In this document: one piece after another, positions 18,035 through 29,354 of the stretch
Layout of the letters: every line of letters starts with the position of its first letter
Numbering within the stretch: position 1 is the stretch's first letter
Origin: Escherichia coli
GTDB lineage: Bacteria; Pseudomonadota; Gammaproteobacteria; Enterobacterales; Enterobacteriaceae
Strand: one strand, 5' to 3'
Assembly (NCBI RefSeq): GCF_024298765.1
Contig: NZ_CP101210.1
DNA length: 64,000 nucleotides
The notes under the pieces: generated by a model
The model's input: the letters and a program-made list of their open reading frames with translations, nothing else
What the model was told of the DNA's origin: nothing
Database searches by the model: none
Program-made: the position numbers and the translations under genes

Positions 18035-19072
18035 TTAATCATCAACCGCCACGCGGATCACCACTTTGCCGAAGTTTTTACCCTTCAGCAGGCCGATAAA
18101 CGTCTGTGGCGCATTCTCTAAACCGTCAGTAATTTCTTCGCGGTAGTGGATTTTATCCTCTTTCACCCATTGCCCCATCTCCTTCTGAAACTCTTGGATG
18201 CGGTGACCATAATCCTGAGCGATAATAAATCCTTGCAAGCGAATACGTTTTTTCAGCACCGTAGCCATCAGCAGAGGTAAACGATCCGGACCGGGTGGTA
18301 GCTCTGTAGCGTTATAGCTGCTCACTAAGCCACAAACGGGAATGCGCGCAGATGTATTAAGTAAAGGTAGCACTGCATCAAATACCTTACCGCCCACGTT
18401 TTCATAATAGATATCAATACCTTTTGGGCACGCTTTCGCCAGTTGTTCGGCAAAATCATCCGCGTGATGGTCAAGACAAACATCGAAGCCCAGCACCTCA
18501 GTAGCATGGCGGCATTTTTCCACGCCACCGGCCACCCCCACCACCCTGCAACCTTTAAGTTTGCCGATTTGACCCACCGTCGCCCCCACAGGACCTGTCG
18601 CCGCAGCAACAACCAATGTTTCGCCCTCTTTGGGCTGACCGATATCCAGCAGCCCCATATAAGCGGTAAAGCCTGGCATCCCCAGCACACCCAGCGACCA
18701 CGATGGATTTTGCGGATGATCGCCAAGTTTCACCAGATCATCACCACTGGATATGTCATAGTCCTGCCATCCACTGTAGCCCAGCACCCAGTCGCCAGGC
18801 TGGTAATCAGGATGATTCGACTCCACAACACGGCTCACCGTACCGCCGACCATTACGCCACCAATATCAACCGGCGGTGAATAAGATGGCTCATCGCTCA
18901 TACGTCCACGCATATACGGGTCCAGTGACAAATAAACTGTGCGCAGTAACACCTGTCCTTCACCCGGTGTGGCGATATCATCTTCTTCAAGACGGAAATT
19001 CTCCGGAACCGGCGCGCCATGCGGACGCGAGGCCAGAACCCAACGTCGATTACGCTGCTTTTGTTGCCCCAT
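18035..19072 (-). CDS. curA: NADPH-dependent curcumin/dihydrocurcumin reductase (MDR family)
   Basis: ORF 376 aa trimmed to MGQQKQ start (345 aa). Confidence 0.85.
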   Translation of the reverse strand: MGQQKQRNRRWVLASRPHGAPVPENFRLEEDDIATPGEGQVLLRTVYLSLDPYMRGRMSDEPSYSPPVDIGGVMVGGTVSRVVESNHPDYQPGDWVLGYSGWQDYDISSGDDLVKLGDHPQNPSWSLGVLGMPGFTAYMGLLDIGQPKEGETLVVAAATGPVGATVGQIGKLKGCRVVGVAGGVEKCRHATEVLGFDVCLDHHADDFAEQLAKACPKGIDIYYENVGGKVFDAVLPLLNTSARIPVCGLVSSYNATELPPGPDRLPLLMATVLKKRIRLQGFIIAQDYGHRIQEFQKEMGQWVKEDKIHYREEITDGLENAPQTFIGLLKGKNFGKVVIRVAVDD

Positions 19073-19252
19073 AATGCTCTCCTGTGCTTTTGGCATGAAT
19101 CCATCAATAGTAGCAGGCTCGCAGGAATGGTTTTGTTTGCAGCCGTCACATCCCCTCTGCAACACGCAATAATTTCATCGAGGAATCCGTTGCTTCGGGC
19201 TGTTTTCGATAGTATTGATAACGTCATCATCATTATTTAATCGAGGCCAAAC

Positions 19253-19768
19253 ATGTCCATCCGTTTTGCCCGCAAAGCCGACTGTGCTGCCATTGCGGAA
19301 ATTTATAACCACGCCGTGTTGTATACGGCGGCTATCTGGAATGACCAAACGGTGGATGCAGATAACCGCATTGCCTGGTTTGAAGCGCGGACCATAGCAG
19401 GTTATCCAGTGCTGGTGAGCGAAGAAGATGGCGTAGTGACGGGATATGCCTCGTTTGGCGACTGGCGTAGTTTCGATGGTTTTCGCCATACCGTGGAACA
19501 TTCGGTTTATGTCCATCCCGATCATCAGGGCAAAGGTCTGGGGCGTAAATTGTTAAGCCGATTGATTGATGAAGCGCGGGATTGCGGGAAGCATGTCATG
19601 GTCGCCGGGATCGAATCGCAAAATCAGGCGTCTTTGCATCTGCACCAGTCGCTGGGATTTGTCGTCACCGCGCAAATGCCGCAGGTGGGCACTAAATTTG
19701 GGCGCTGGCTGGACCTGACATTTATGCAGTTGCAACTCGACGAACGCAGTGAACCGGACGCAATCTGA
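19253..19768 (+). CDS. mnaT: GNAT N-acyltransferase (methionine N-acyltransferase)
   Basis: 171-aa ORF, GNAT motifs. Confidence 0.8.
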   Translation: MSIRFARKADCAAIAEIYNHAVLYTAAIWNDQTVDADNRIAWFEARTIAGYPVLVSEEDGVVTGYASFGDWRSFDGFRHTVEHSVYVHPDHQGKGLGRKLLSRLIDEARDCGKHVMVAGIESQNQASLHLHQSLGFVVTAQMPQVGTKFGRWLDLTFMQLQLDERSEPDAI

Positions 19769-20217
19769 TGAATCAGTCGCTCACCCTTGCTTTTTTGATT
19801 GCCGCCGGGATTGGTCTGGTAGTCCAGAACACGCTGATGGTGCGCATCACCCAGACCTCCTCTACCATTCTCATCGCCATGTTGCTGAACTCTTTGGTAG
19901 GAATTGTGCTCTTTGTTTCTATTTTATGGTTTAAACAAGGTATGGCGGGGTTTGGCGAACTGGTGTCCAACGTGCGCTGGTGGACACTTATACCTGGCTT
20001 GCTGGGATCGTTTTTTGTCTTCGCCAGTATCAGCGGATATCAGAATGTGGGAGCGGCGACAACTATTGCGGTACTGGTCGCCAGCCAGCTGATTGGCGGT
20101 CTGGTGCTGGATATCTTCCGCAGCCATGGCGTACCACTACGGGCGTTGATCGGCCCAATTTGTGGCGCAATTTTACTTGTGGTTGGTGCCTGGCTGGTGG
20201 CCAGGCGCACATTTTAA
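19768..20217 (+). CDS. ydcZ: DMT-family inner membrane protein
   Basis: 149-aa hydrophobic ORF. Confidence 0.8.
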   Translation: MNQSLTLAFLIAAGIGLVVQNTLMVRITQTSSTILIAMLLNSLVGIVLFVSILWFKQGMAGFGELVSNVRWWTLIPGLLGSFFVFASISGYQNVGAATTIAVLVASQLIGGLVLDIFRSHGVPLRALIGPICGAILLVVGAWLVARRTF

Positions 20218-20451
20218 TCAGAGGATGGTGCCACCTTTGGTTAACTGTTCGTGGCGCGCTTCCATATCTTCTTTATGTTTGCGACCGTGATGGGCGATCG
20301 CTGTGCGAAGACGCTGCTGCTGGGTATAGCGTTCTTCCCGACTTAACTCCGCATCATCGCTCAGGGCGATTAATAATTCGTTCATATGGGCAATGACGCT
20401 CTCTTCAATCGCGGCATCCACGCGCGCGATGACTTCATCCAGATGCGACAT
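20218..20451 (-). CDS. ydcY: Small conserved protein YdcY
   Basis: 77-aa ORF. Confidence 0.75.
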   Translation of the reverse strand: MSHLDEVIARVDAAIEESVIAHMNELLIALSDDAELSREERYTQQQRLRTAIAHHGRKHKEDMEARHEQLTKGGTIL

Positions 20452-20536
20452 ACTTTCTCCTTAGCCACTTGTGAAATTTATCGATTCATCCAAATGATAT
20501 AAGTCTGCGTGGTGCCGTCAAGCCAGTGAGTAAGAT

Positions 20537-20710
20537 TTAAAACAGTGAAAACAACAGCGCCACCGGGAAACTCATCGGCCATGTTGCCCCCACCAGAAAG
20601 GCGCTTAAGAAACGGATGCGTTTCTTATCGTGAGAAAGAAACCAGGTGATAAGAAATGCGATTGCTGCCATAACCGCATAAAAAACAAGCATGTGTTGAT
20701 AGAGAGACAT
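20537..20710 (-). CDS. ortT: Orphan membrane toxin OrtT/YdcX (57 aa)
   Basis: ORF 73 aa trimmed to MSLYQHMLVFYAVMAAIAFLITWF... Confidence 0.75.
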   Translation of the reverse strand: MSLYQHMLVFYAVMAAIAFLITWFLSHDKKRIRFLSAFLVGATWPMSFPVALLFSLF

Positions 20711-20904
20711 GTACGGGCGTCCAGCCAGATGAATAAAACGCGCGCAAATATGCGTCATTTTTTGACGTACATCAAGTTTTTTAACCGGTTTGAGAAAAAA
20801 ACATCAAACAGCAACTTGCCCTTATCCATCTTCAGAATGAGTATTATTGTGGATTTTCTTAACCCGTACTATACACATAGGGGCAATGATAAAAGGTGGC
20901 AAAA

Positions 20905-21000
20905 ATGAATGTTTCCAGTAGAACTGTAGTACTGATAAATGTCTTTGCTGCTGTTGGTTTGTTTACTCTTATCTCTATGAGATTTGGCTGGTTTATTTGA
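20905..21000 (+). CDS. yncL: Small membrane protein YncL (31 aa)
   Basis: ATG 20905 to TGA 20998; MNVSSRTVVLINVFAAVGLFTLISMRFGWFI; below ORF-track size cut-off. Confidence 0.6.
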   Translation: MNVSSRTVVLINVFAAVGLFTLISMRFGWFI

Positions 21001-21096
21001 TGTAGTGATTTTGCACGCAGCACGTACTGTCAGAGAAATCAGTGCTCTGACAGTACGCAAGATCATCTCATACTCTTACGATCTGCAATATTATCC

Positions 21097-22521
21097 TTAA
21101 TGTTTAACCATGACGTGGCGGACGACGGTGTAATCCTCCAGCCCATAAAGTGACATATCCTTGCCGTAACCAGAAAGTTTCTGCCCACCGTGCGGCATTT
21201 CACTTACCAGCATGAAATGGGTATTGACCCAGGTACAACCATATTGCAGCCGTGCGCTGACGCGATGCGCCCTGCCCACATCTTTCGTCCATACCGAAGA
21301 TGCAAGTCCGTACTGGCTGTCATTCGCCCAGTTTACCACCTGTTCTTCGTTGTCGAAGAGTGTAACACTCACTACTGGACCAAATACCTCTTTTTGCACG
21401 ATGGCATCGTCCTGTAATGCGCCAGCCAGCAGCGTCGGCGCATAGTAATAGCCATTACCCTTGCGCTTTTCACCGCCAGTGATCACTTTGATGTGCCCTG
21501 TCGCTTTCGCCTCTTCTACTGCCTTGCTGACGCGTTCGAGATGCGCCAGCGAGCTTAAAGGTCCAAGCTCCGTAGACTCGTCATCCGGCGCACCAGATTT
21601 TAACGTTGCCACCGCAGCACCCAGTTTTTCCACCAGCGTATCGTAAATGCCTTTTTGCGCGTAGATCCGACAAGCCGCTGTACAATCCTGTCCGGCATTG
21701 TAATAGCCAAATGTACGTACACCTTCGACCACTGCCTCAATATCCGCATCATCAAAAACAATCACTGGCGCTTTGCCACCAAGTTCCATATGAGTACGCT
21801 TTATGGACGGCGCGGTATGGCTGATGATGTGTTCCCCAGTGGCGATAGAGCCCGTCAGCGACACCATCCGCACTTTGGGATGACCGGTCAGCGGATCGCC
21901 CACCGTTTTGCCTCTGCCAAACAGTACATTAATCACGCCAGCCGGGAAGATATCTTTCGCCAACTCTGCCAACTTCAACGCTGTCAGCGGGGTAATTTCT
22001 GATGGTTTAAGCACTACGCAGTTCCCTGCCGCCAGCGCCGGAGCCAGTTTCCACGCAGCCATCATCAGCGGATAATTCCACGGTGCGATAGAAGCCACGA
22101 CCCCCAACGGATCGCGACGGATCATCGAAGTATGACCTTCAAGATATTCACCTGCCGCCAGACCATTCAGACAGCGCGCCGCACCAGCGAAAAAGCGAAA
22201 AACATCGACAATCGCCGGGATTTCATCATTGAACGCACTATGCAGCGGTTTGCCACAATTACGGGACTCCAGTTCGGCAAAAACCTGACCATTTTCTTCG
22301 ATAACATCAGCCAGTTTCAGCAGACATTCCGCACGCACTTTCGGCGTGGTTTGCCCCCATTCGGCAAATGCTGCATCTGCCGCGCGAACAGCAGCATCGA
22401 CCTGCTCTGCGGATGCCTCGGCAATCTCCAGTAAAACGTCCCCCGTTGCCGGATTATAGACAGGCTGTTTTTCCCCTTCGCCGCTAACCAGTTCTCCGTT
22501 AATCAGTAACTTATGTTGCAT
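21097..22521 (-). CDS. patD: Gamma-aminobutyraldehyde dehydrogenase
   Basis: 474-aa aldehyde dehydrogenase ORF. Confidence 0.9.
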   Translation of the reverse strand: MQHKLLINGELVSGEGEKQPVYNPATGDVLLEIAEASAEQVDAAVRAADAAFAEWGQTTPKVRAECLLKLADVIEENGQVFAELESRNCGKPLHSAFNDEIPAIVDVFRFFAGAARCLNGLAAGEYLEGHTSMIRRDPLGVVASIAPWNYPLMMAAWKLAPALAAGNCVVLKPSEITPLTALKLAELAKDIFPAGVINVLFGRGKTVGDPLTGHPKVRMVSLTGSIATGEHIISHTAPSIKRTHMELGGKAPVIVFDDADIEAVVEGVRTFGYYNAGQDCTAACRIYAQKGIYDTLVEKLGAAVATLKSGAPDDESTELGPLSSLAHLERVSKAVEEAKATGHIKVITGGEKRKGNGYYYAPTLLAGALQDDAIVQKEVFGPVVSVTLFDNEEQVVNWANDSQYGLASSVWTKDVGRAHRVSARLQYGCTWVNTHFMLVSEMPHGGQKLSGYGKDMSLYGLEDYTVVRHVMVKH

Positions 22522-22542
22522 AGCATATTCCTGTATCAGTGG

Positions 22543-23337
22543 TTATTGACCATTGTCGCCTTCGCGGGTTAGCCACCAGGCCCCCAGGATCGGCAAGGTT
22601 GTTACCAACATAACCAGCAGTGCCACCACGTTAGTTACCGGTACATCACGCGGTCGCCCAAGCTGATTGAGCAACCACAACGGTAACGTTCGTTCATGAC
22701 CTGCCGTAAAGGTCGTAACGATGATTTCATCGAACGACAAGGCAAACGCCAGCATTCCTCCTGCCAGTAACGCCGAACTGAGATTCGGCAACACTACGTA
22801 GCGGAAGGTTTGCCAGCCATTAGCCCCAAGATCCATTGACGCCTCAACCAGACTCCACGAGGTGCGGCGAAAACGGGCGATGACATTGTTAAAGACCACC
22901 ACTACACAAAAAGTCGCATGACCGACCACGATGGTGAAAAATCCCGGCTCCAGATTGATGGTTTTAAAGGCGGTTAATAACGCCAGACCAGTGACAATGC
23001 CCGGCAGCGCAATGGGCAGCAGCAGTAACAGCGAAATGGCGTTTTTGCCGAAAAAGTCTCGTCGCCACAGCGCGGCAGCGGCCAGCGTCCCTAACACCAG
23101 CGCGATTAATGTCGCCAGCGCCGCCACTTTAAGTGACAGTGTCACGGCATCAAGAATATCACTACGCTGTGCTGCCACGCTAAACCAGCGCAGCGTCAGG
23201 CCTTGCGGTGGAAAACTAAACGCCGCATCTTCAGTGTTAAACGCATAAACGGCGATAATCAGAATGGGAAAATGTAAGAAAACCACGCCGCCCCAGGCCG
23301 CCAGTTTGAGGAAAAACGGTGCGCGTTCAGAGTGCAT
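22543..23337 (-). CDS. ydcV: ABC transporter permease
   Basis: 264-aa ORF. Confidence 0.85.
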   Translation of the reverse strand: MHSERAPFFLKLAAWGGVVFLHFPILIIAVYAFNTEDAAFSFPPQGLTLRWFSVAAQRSDILDAVTLSLKVAALATLIALVLGTLAAAALWRRDFFGKNAISLLLLLPIALPGIVTGLALLTAFKTINLEPGFFTIVVGHATFCVVVVFNNVIARFRRTSWSLVEASMDLGANGWQTFRYVVLPNLSSALLAGGMLAFALSFDEIIVTTFTAGHERTLPLWLLNQLGRPRDVPVTNVVALLVMLVTTLPILGAWWLTREGDNGQ

Positions 23338-24268
23338 CGAACGCTCCCAGACGTTTCACGAACGCCAGGTAAAGTGCGATGAGTACAATCGGCACTAGGG
23401 TGAATGCCGCCGCCATCGGCATATTGCCAATCGCCCCCTGCTGGGAATAAACCATATTGCCGATAAAATATCCTGGAGGGCCAACCAGCTGCGGGACAAT
23501 AAAATCGCCCAGCGTGAGTGAGAAGGTAAAGATAGAGCCAGCGGCAATACCCGGGATTGCCAGCGGCAGCACCACATAGCGAAAGGTTTGTCGTGGACGT
23601 GCGCCGAGATCAGCTGACGCCTGCAACAATGACGGCGGCAAACGCTCAAGCGCCGCCTGCACCGGGAGGATCATGAACGGCAACCAGATATAGAGAAACA
23701 CCAGAAAGCGCCCCAGCCCGGAAGTTGACAGCGTATTACCTCCCACCGCCGGTAGCGTGAGGAACGCAGTCAGCAGTGGTTCCAGCCCCAGATGTTGTAA
23801 AAACCACTGCGCCACGCCATCTTTTGCCAGCAATAACGTCCAGGCATAGGCTTTCACAATGTAGCTCGCCCACATCGGCAACATTACCGCGATATAAAAA
23901 AACGCTTTCATTTTCCCGCTGGTATAGCGCGCCATATACCACGCCATTGGAAAAGCCAGAATGGCGCTGGCGATAGTGACTGCCACAGCCATAATCAGCG
24001 TGCGGAGAATGATGTCGTAATTCGCCGGATTAAACAGCGCACGGATATTCGCCAGCGTCAGTTCCGGCGTTACCGACATGGTGAAATCGTCAAAGGTATA
24101 AAAGCCCTGCCATAACAGCGTTAGCAGCGAGCCGAAATAGACAATGCCAAACCACATTAGCGGGCCAAGCAGCAGCAAAAACAGCCCCAGCCCCGGATTA
24201 CGCCAGAAGAAACCGGACACCTTACCCAGACCTGGACGTGAAGGTGATTGCAATACGTTCATCGCCAT
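23327..24268 (-). CDS. ydcU: ABC transporter permease
   Basis: 313-aa ORF, overlaps ydcV start. Confidence 0.85.
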   Translation of the reverse strand: MAMNVLQSPSRPGLGKVSGFFWRNPGLGLFLLLLGPLMWFGIVYFGSLLTLLWQGFYTFDDFTMSVTPELTLANIRALFNPANYDIILRTLIMAVAVTIASAILAFPMAWYMARYTSGKMKAFFYIAVMLPMWASYIVKAYAWTLLLAKDGVAQWFLQHLGLEPLLTAFLTLPAVGGNTLSTSGLGRFLVFLYIWLPFMILPVQAALERLPPSLLQASADLGARPRQTFRYVVLPLAIPGIAAGSIFTFSLTLGDFIVPQLVGPPGYFIGNMVYSQQGAIGNMPMAAAFTLVPIVLIALYLAFVKRLGAFDAL

Positions 24269-25282
24269 TCACCTCTCCTCAACCAGCGGTACCATCACAT
24301 CACGCGACCAGGAAACCATCACCTGTTGTCCGGGCGTGAGCGTGGCGGGCAGTTCTTCGCCTGTCATATTGGCCTGACTCACCAGCAGTTTTTCACCGCC
24401 GTTCAGTCTCAGTTCAAAACGGGTCGCCGCGCCCTGATACTGCACCGCCTGGATCGTGCCATTAGCCTGCACTTCGCCGGGGATGTTGAAGCGGATATGT
24501 TCCGGTCGCAGGGCGAAGCTTCCCGTCATGCCACAAAGTTTGTCTGCCATCAGTGCATCAAAAACATTCGATGTCCCGACAAACCCGGCAACAAACGGCG
24601 TGCGCGGGCGCATATAGAGATCACGCGGGGAATCGACCTGCTCAATGCGTCCATTATTGAAAACCGCCACACGATCGGACATCGATAACGCTTCGCCCTG
24701 ATCGTGGGTAACGAAGATAAAAGTGATACCGAGAGACTGTTGCAGCTTTTTCAGCTCAAGCTGCATTTGCTCTCGCAATTTGAGATCCAGCGCGCCGAGC
24801 GGTTCATCCAGCAACAACACACGCGGTTCGTTCACCAGTGCTCTGGCGATAGCAACCCGCTGGCGCTGACCACCAGAAAGTTGTGACGGTTTACGTTGCT
24901 GAACAAAACCAAGCGCCACTTTCTCAAGCGCCTCTTGCGCCATTGCGTGCCGCTGCTTTTTATTCACGCCTTTGACCATCAGCCCATAGGCTACGTTGTC
25001 AAGAATCGACATATGCGGAAATAGCGCGTAGTCCTGGAAGACAGTATTCACGTCCCGCTCCCACGGTGGCAGATTGCTGGCGGATTTACCAAAGATAGAG
25101 ATAGCCCCGCCGGAAAGCTGTTCGAAGCCAGCAATCAGGCGCAGGCAGGTGGTTTTGCCGGAGCCGGACGGCCCCAGCATAGAGAAGAACTCACCATCTT
25201 TTATCGCAACACTGACGCCATCTACTGCGCGCACGTCACCGTACAACCGTGAGACGTTGTCAAACTCCACTGCGTACGTCAT
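24269..25282 (-). CDS. ydcT: ABC transporter ATP-binding protein
   Basis: 337-aa ORF; GPSGSGKTT Walker A, LSGGQRQR signature. Confidence 0.9.
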   Translation of the reverse strand: MTYAVEFDNVSRLYGDVRAVDGVSVAIKDGEFFSMLGPSGSGKTTCLRLIAGFEQLSGGAISIFGKSASNLPPWERDVNTVFQDYALFPHMSILDNVAYGLMVKGVNKKQRHAMAQEALEKVALGFVQQRKPSQLSGGQRQRVAIARALVNEPRVLLLDEPLGALDLKLREQMQLELKKLQQSLGITFIFVTHDQGEALSMSDRVAVFNNGRIEQVDSPRDLYMRPRTPFVAGFVGTSNVFDALMADKLCGMTGSFALRPEHIRFNIPGEVQANGTIQAVQYQGAATRFELRLNGGEKLLVSQANMTGEELPATLTPGQQVMVSWSRDVMVPLVEER

Positions 25283-25299
25283 AAAACACCCCAGCGAAG

Positions 25300-26445
25300 T
25301 TAGCGACCGCCCATAATGGCAATGTAATCCTGCGTCCAGCGACTGTAGGGAACAAACTTGCCCCCTTCTGCTATAGGCGTTTTCCAGAAGGCGATTTTAT
25401 CGAAATAGTTAAAACCGTTTGTTTCACAACCTTTCTCGCCTAATAACGGACTGGCTTTACACCCTTGCGGCACTACTGGTAACGAGCCAAACCAGGCCGC
25501 CACATCGCCCTGCACTTTTGGGGTTAATGACCAGTTCATCCATTTGTAGGCGCAAACCGGATGTTTCGCTTCGCTATGTAGCATGGTGGTGTCAGCCCAA
25601 CCGGTAACGCCCTCCTTCGGGAAAACGGTAGCGACAGGCTGGCCTTCGGCTTTCAGGGCGTTGGCCTGATAAGGCCATGCACTGGAAGCAACCACACCCT
25701 CGTTTTTGAAATCGCTCATTTGCACGGTAGTGTCATGCCAGTAGCGATGGATCAAACTATGTTGATCGCGCAGCACTTTCAGCACCGCCTGGTACTGTTC
25801 TTCGGTGAGTTGATACGGATCGCTGATGCCCAACTGCGGCTGCGTGGCTTTAACGAACAACGCAGCGTCCGCAATGTAGATAGGGCCATCATAAGCCTGT
25901 ACCCGGCCTTTATTGCTCTTGCCGTCCGGCAGATTCTGCTCAACAAAAACCACTTGCCAGCTATCCGGCGGCGTCGGGAAGGTTTTAGTGTTGTACATCA
26001 GCAGGTTCGGCCCCCATTGGTAAGGTGTGCCGTAAACTTTGCCGCCAACGTTAAACCAGTCGCCTTTAACCACGCGCGGATCGAGCGCTTTCCAGTTGGG
26101 AATCAAGGCGGTATTAATTGGCTGCACGCGTTTACCCATAATCAAACGCAGCGAGGCATCGCCGGATGCCGTAACCAGATCGTAACCCCCTTTGGCCATC
26201 AGACTGACCATTTCATCGGAAGTCGCGGCGGTTTTAACATTCACCGCGCAGCCTGTCTCTTTTTCGAATTGCGTTACCCAGTCGTATTGTTTATCAGTTT
26301 GTCCGCGTTCGATGTATCCCGGCCAGGCGATAATATCCAGTCGCCCTTCCGGTTTATCTAAATTGGTAGGTGGTTCGGCGGCGTGAGCGGTCATTATTGT
26401 CATGGTGAGCGCACACAGGCTGCTGCGGGCAAATGTCTTGCTCAT
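25300..26445 (-). CDS. ydcS: Periplasmic substrate-binding protein (polyamine-type)
   Basis: 381-aa ORF with signal peptide. Confidence 0.85.
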   Translation of the reverse strand: MSKTFARSSLCALTMTIMTAHAAEPPTNLDKPEGRLDIIAWPGYIERGQTDKQYDWVTQFEKETGCAVNVKTAATSDEMVSLMAKGGYDLVTASGDASLRLIMGKRVQPINTALIPNWKALDPRVVKGDWFNVGGKVYGTPYQWGPNLLMYNTKTFPTPPDSWQVVFVEQNLPDGKSNKGRVQAYDGPIYIADAALFVKATQPQLGISDPYQLTEEQYQAVLKVLRDQHSLIHRYWHDTTVQMSDFKNEGVVASSAWPYQANALKAEGQPVATVFPKEGVTGWADTTMLHSEAKHPVCAYKWMNWSLTPKVQGDVAAWFGSLPVVPQGCKASPLLGEKGCETNGFNYFDKIAFWKTPIAEGGKFVPYSRWTQDYIAIMGGR

Positions 26446-26689
26446 AAAGTCTTACTCCTGTCGTAATTAATTGTTCAGCCGCCGTGCCGTAAAAATATCT
26501 CCTTGTTTAACCATAGACGGCGGCTAGCAGGCACACCTTCGCCCCTGAGAAAATTTAATCAGGTTGTGAGCTACCGCGCATTATGCCGTATGTAAGGTTA
26601 TCTTCTGGAGTATAGACAAGGAGTTAGGAAATATGACTGCTATTCGAAATTCATATTACCCAACCTGAGAGGAATTTAATTAAACGCTA

Positions 26690-28096
26690 TTACAGCCGTT
26701 CTTGAATAAGTTTGCCTAATTGTTTAACCGCCTGTTCTTCACGTTCTCCCCACTGCCACGCGGTATTAAAACGGAAAAAACGTGACCAGTTTTCACCGGT
26801 AGAAAACATTTTACCCGGCGCAATACTGATATGATGCGTCAGTGCTGCCAGGCTTAATTCGCCCGCATCTAACGGCTCGGGGAGCTCCAGCCAGAGAAAA
26901 TAACCGCTGTCATTATGATGAATTTTCACTTCCGCAGGCAGATAACGCAGCAGTGCTTGCCAGGCACGTTGTTTACGTTCCGCAAGCTGGCGACGCAGGC
27001 GACGAAGATGGGCGTCGTATCGGCGCGTGGAAAGGTAATCCACCAGCGCAAGCTGCATCGGTGAGCTGGTGGAAAGCGTACTCATCAACTGCAAGCGTTG
27101 AATTTTACGTGCATGTTTTCCGGCGGCGACCCAACCAATACGAAAACCAGGCACCAGACATTTCGAAAACGAAGAGCAATGCAAAACACCATCGTGGCGA
27201 TCCCACGCTTTCGCAGGCAGCGGTTTTTCCCGTCCAAAATAAAGTTCGCTGTAAACGTCATCTTCAATCAGCGTTACGTTGTACTGATTGAGCAACGCTA
27301 CCAGCCGCGCTTTTTTCTGCGGCGTTAAGGTAAATCCGAGTGGATTCTGGCTATTAGTCATCAGCCAGCACGCTTTCACCGGATACTCCTGCAACGCCAG
27401 TTCCAGCGCCTTGAGATCAATCCCTTCTTTAACGTCCGTCGCCACCGATAACGCCTTCAGCCGTAACCGCTCCAGCGCCTGCAACGCACCGTAGAAACAA
27501 GGATTCTCTACTATCACCCAATCGCCCGGTTCAGTGACCGCTTGTAAACTGAGGTTTAATGCCTCTAACGCCCCGGCAGTAATGACAATTTCATCGGGTG
27601 AAATGGTGATGCCCTGTAAGGCATAGCGACGAGCTATAGCCTGACGCAGTTCAGCGTTTCCTGGCGGTAAGTTTTCAATCACGCTCATCGCCGTGGCGGT
27701 TTTGCTTACCTGTGCCAGCGAGCGGTTGAGTTGTTGGAGGGGGAAAAGTCGCGGGTCGGGAAAGGCCGAGGCAAACGGAACTACCGACGGATCGCGACTG
27801 GCCTGCAACATATCAAAAATATAGGTGTTGATATCGACTGCTTCATCTCGAGTGACTGGAATGACTGGCGCTTTCGGCATTTTTATTGCCTGTGTCGCAA
27901 CGTAATAACCCGACTGCCGTCGCGCGATAATATGTCCCTGACTTTCGAGCAACTGATAGGCATGGCTGACAGTCATAAAGCTCATGCCAGAAAGCGCCAC
28001 CTGGTCACGCAACGAAGGCAAACGATCGCCAGGTTGCCAGATACCCGACGCAATCTGCTCGCGTAATTGTTCTGCAAGCTGCTGGTATTTTTTCAT
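26690..28096 (-). CDS. ydcR: GntR/MocR-family regulator with aminotransferase-like domain
   Basis: 468-aa ORF; N-terminal HTH. Confidence 0.85.
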   Translation of the reverse strand: MKKYQQLAEQLREQIASGIWQPGDRLPSLRDQVALSGMSFMTVSHAYQLLESQGHIIARRQSGYYVATQAIKMPKAPVIPVTRDEAVDINTYIFDMLQASRDPSVVPFASAFPDPRLFPLQQLNRSLAQVSKTATAMSVIENLPPGNAELRQAIARRYALQGITISPDEIVITAGALEALNLSLQAVTEPGDWVIVENPCFYGALQALERLRLKALSVATDVKEGIDLKALELALQEYPVKACWLMTNSQNPLGFTLTPQKKARLVALLNQYNVTLIEDDVYSELYFGREKPLPAKAWDRHDGVLHCSSFSKCLVPGFRIGWVAAGKHARKIQRLQLMSTLSTSSPMQLALVDYLSTRRYDAHLRRLRRQLAERKQRAWQALLRYLPAEVKIHHNDSGYFLWLELPEPLDAGELSLAALTHHISIAPGKMFSTGENWSRFFRFNTAWQWGEREEQAVKQLGKLIQERL

Positions 28097-28174
28097 TATC
28101 GAATCGTAATTATGTGCAGATGATTCGGCAGTCTATATCAGTTGTTAAAAATGACAACTTTTCATTAACTGTTA

Positions 28175-28612
28175 TCAAACCATCACCAGTGATAACTCTT
28201 TGCCAAGCGCCTTAGCCGCAAGCTGGACGGCGTCGATTTTTGTAGCATGGTGCAAGTTAAATAAGCGAGTAATCTCCTGTTTAGGTTTGCCAATTCGTCT
28301 GGCTAACTCTTGCTGAGTGATTTCTGACTGTAAAAAAGCATTTAACAGCAATACTTTAGAGGCGATACTTAAAGGCACTTCAATAAAGTGATCGTTGTTA
28401 GTTAATGGCGAAGGCAACGGGATTAGCTCATTATCTTCAAAATAAAAATCAAATGCGGTGAGTAAGGCATCTTTTGCTGCTTCCATCGCTTCAGCAACAG
28501 TTTCTCCCTGCGTCAACGCTTCAGGGATATCTACAAAAGAAACCACATAACCGCCTTCCGGCGCAGGAGTAAGAGTGACGGGATAACGCATAATTTTGAC
28601 TGTCTCTCGCAT
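28175..28612 (-). CDS. hicB: HicB antitoxin (type II TA)
   Basis: 145-aa ORF (true start may be the internal MRYPVTL Met); C-terminal HTH. Confidence 0.8.
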   Translation of the reverse strand: MRETVKIMRYPVTLTPAPEGGYVVSFVDIPEALTQGETVAEAMEAAKDALLTAFDFYFEDNELIPLPSPLTNNDHFIEVPLSIASKVLLLNAFLQSEITQQELARRIGKPKQEITRLFNLHHATKIDAVQLAAKALGKELSLVMV

Positions 28613-28634
28613 GTCATTAACCTTCTTATGGCGA

Positions 28635-28811
28635 TTAATTTAAACCGAGTTGCTTCAGGATTGCTTTACGCAATGGTTCTTTTATCTCATCACTGGGGTG
28701 ACGCGGCATGACACTGCGTCGCCCTTGAAACCTGAGTTTCAAATGGTTGCTGCCATTCGCCACATCGACGCCCTGAGATTCGAGCCAACGTCTGAACTCG
28801 CTTTGTTTCAC
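28635..28811 (-). CDS. hicA: HicA mRNA interferase toxin (58 aa, GTG start)
   Basis: Hand translation of minus strand: VKQSEFRRWLESQGVDVANGSNHLKLRFQGRRSVMPRHP...LKQLGLN*; below ORF-track cut-off. Confidence 0.75.
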   Translation of the reverse strand: MKQSEFRRWLESQGVDVANGSNHLKLRFQGRRSVMPRHPSDEIKEPLRKAILKQLGLN

Positions 28812-29032
28812 ATCGCCTCCCTGCCGCTGAGTATATCAACAAAGTAAACATTAGTGTTTACCTCCGTGTGTAATTTGCTCGAAAATAGCACTAAATCGCC
28901 GCAACGGCAGAATGCAATGCAAAATCAGGAAGGAAGATTCCAGAATTTCTTTGCGCTAATTTGCAAAACTGAATAATAACCTCAAGAAACGATCGGCATC
29001 ATAGCGACAAAAGGTAAGAAAAAGGTGGCAGG

Positions 29033-29263
29033 ATGTTTACGAAGGCGTTATCAGTTGTCTTATTAACGTGTGCGCTGTTCTCAGGACAACTCATGGCAGG
29101 GCACAAAGGACATGAATTTGTGTGGGTAAAGAATGTGGATCATCAGCTGCGTCATGAAGCGGACAGCGATGAATTGCGTGCTGTGGCGGAAGAGTCGGCG
29201 GAAGGTTTGCGCGAGCATTTTTACTGGCAAAAATCGCGCAAACCAGAAGCGGGACATCGTTGA
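29033..29263 (+). CDS. yncJ: Small secreted protein YncJ
   Basis: 76-aa ORF with signal peptide. Confidence 0.8.
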   Translation: MFTKALSVVLLTCALFSGQLMAGHKGHEFVWVKNVDHQLRHEADSDELRAVAEESAEGLREHFYWQKSRKPEAGHR

Positions 29264-29354
29264 GTCATTTGTTGCCGGATGCGGCATGACGCCTTACCCG
29301 GCAGGCAATATCATGCAGATTTGATGAGTTGTGAGTAACCAGAAAACTGGCGTT

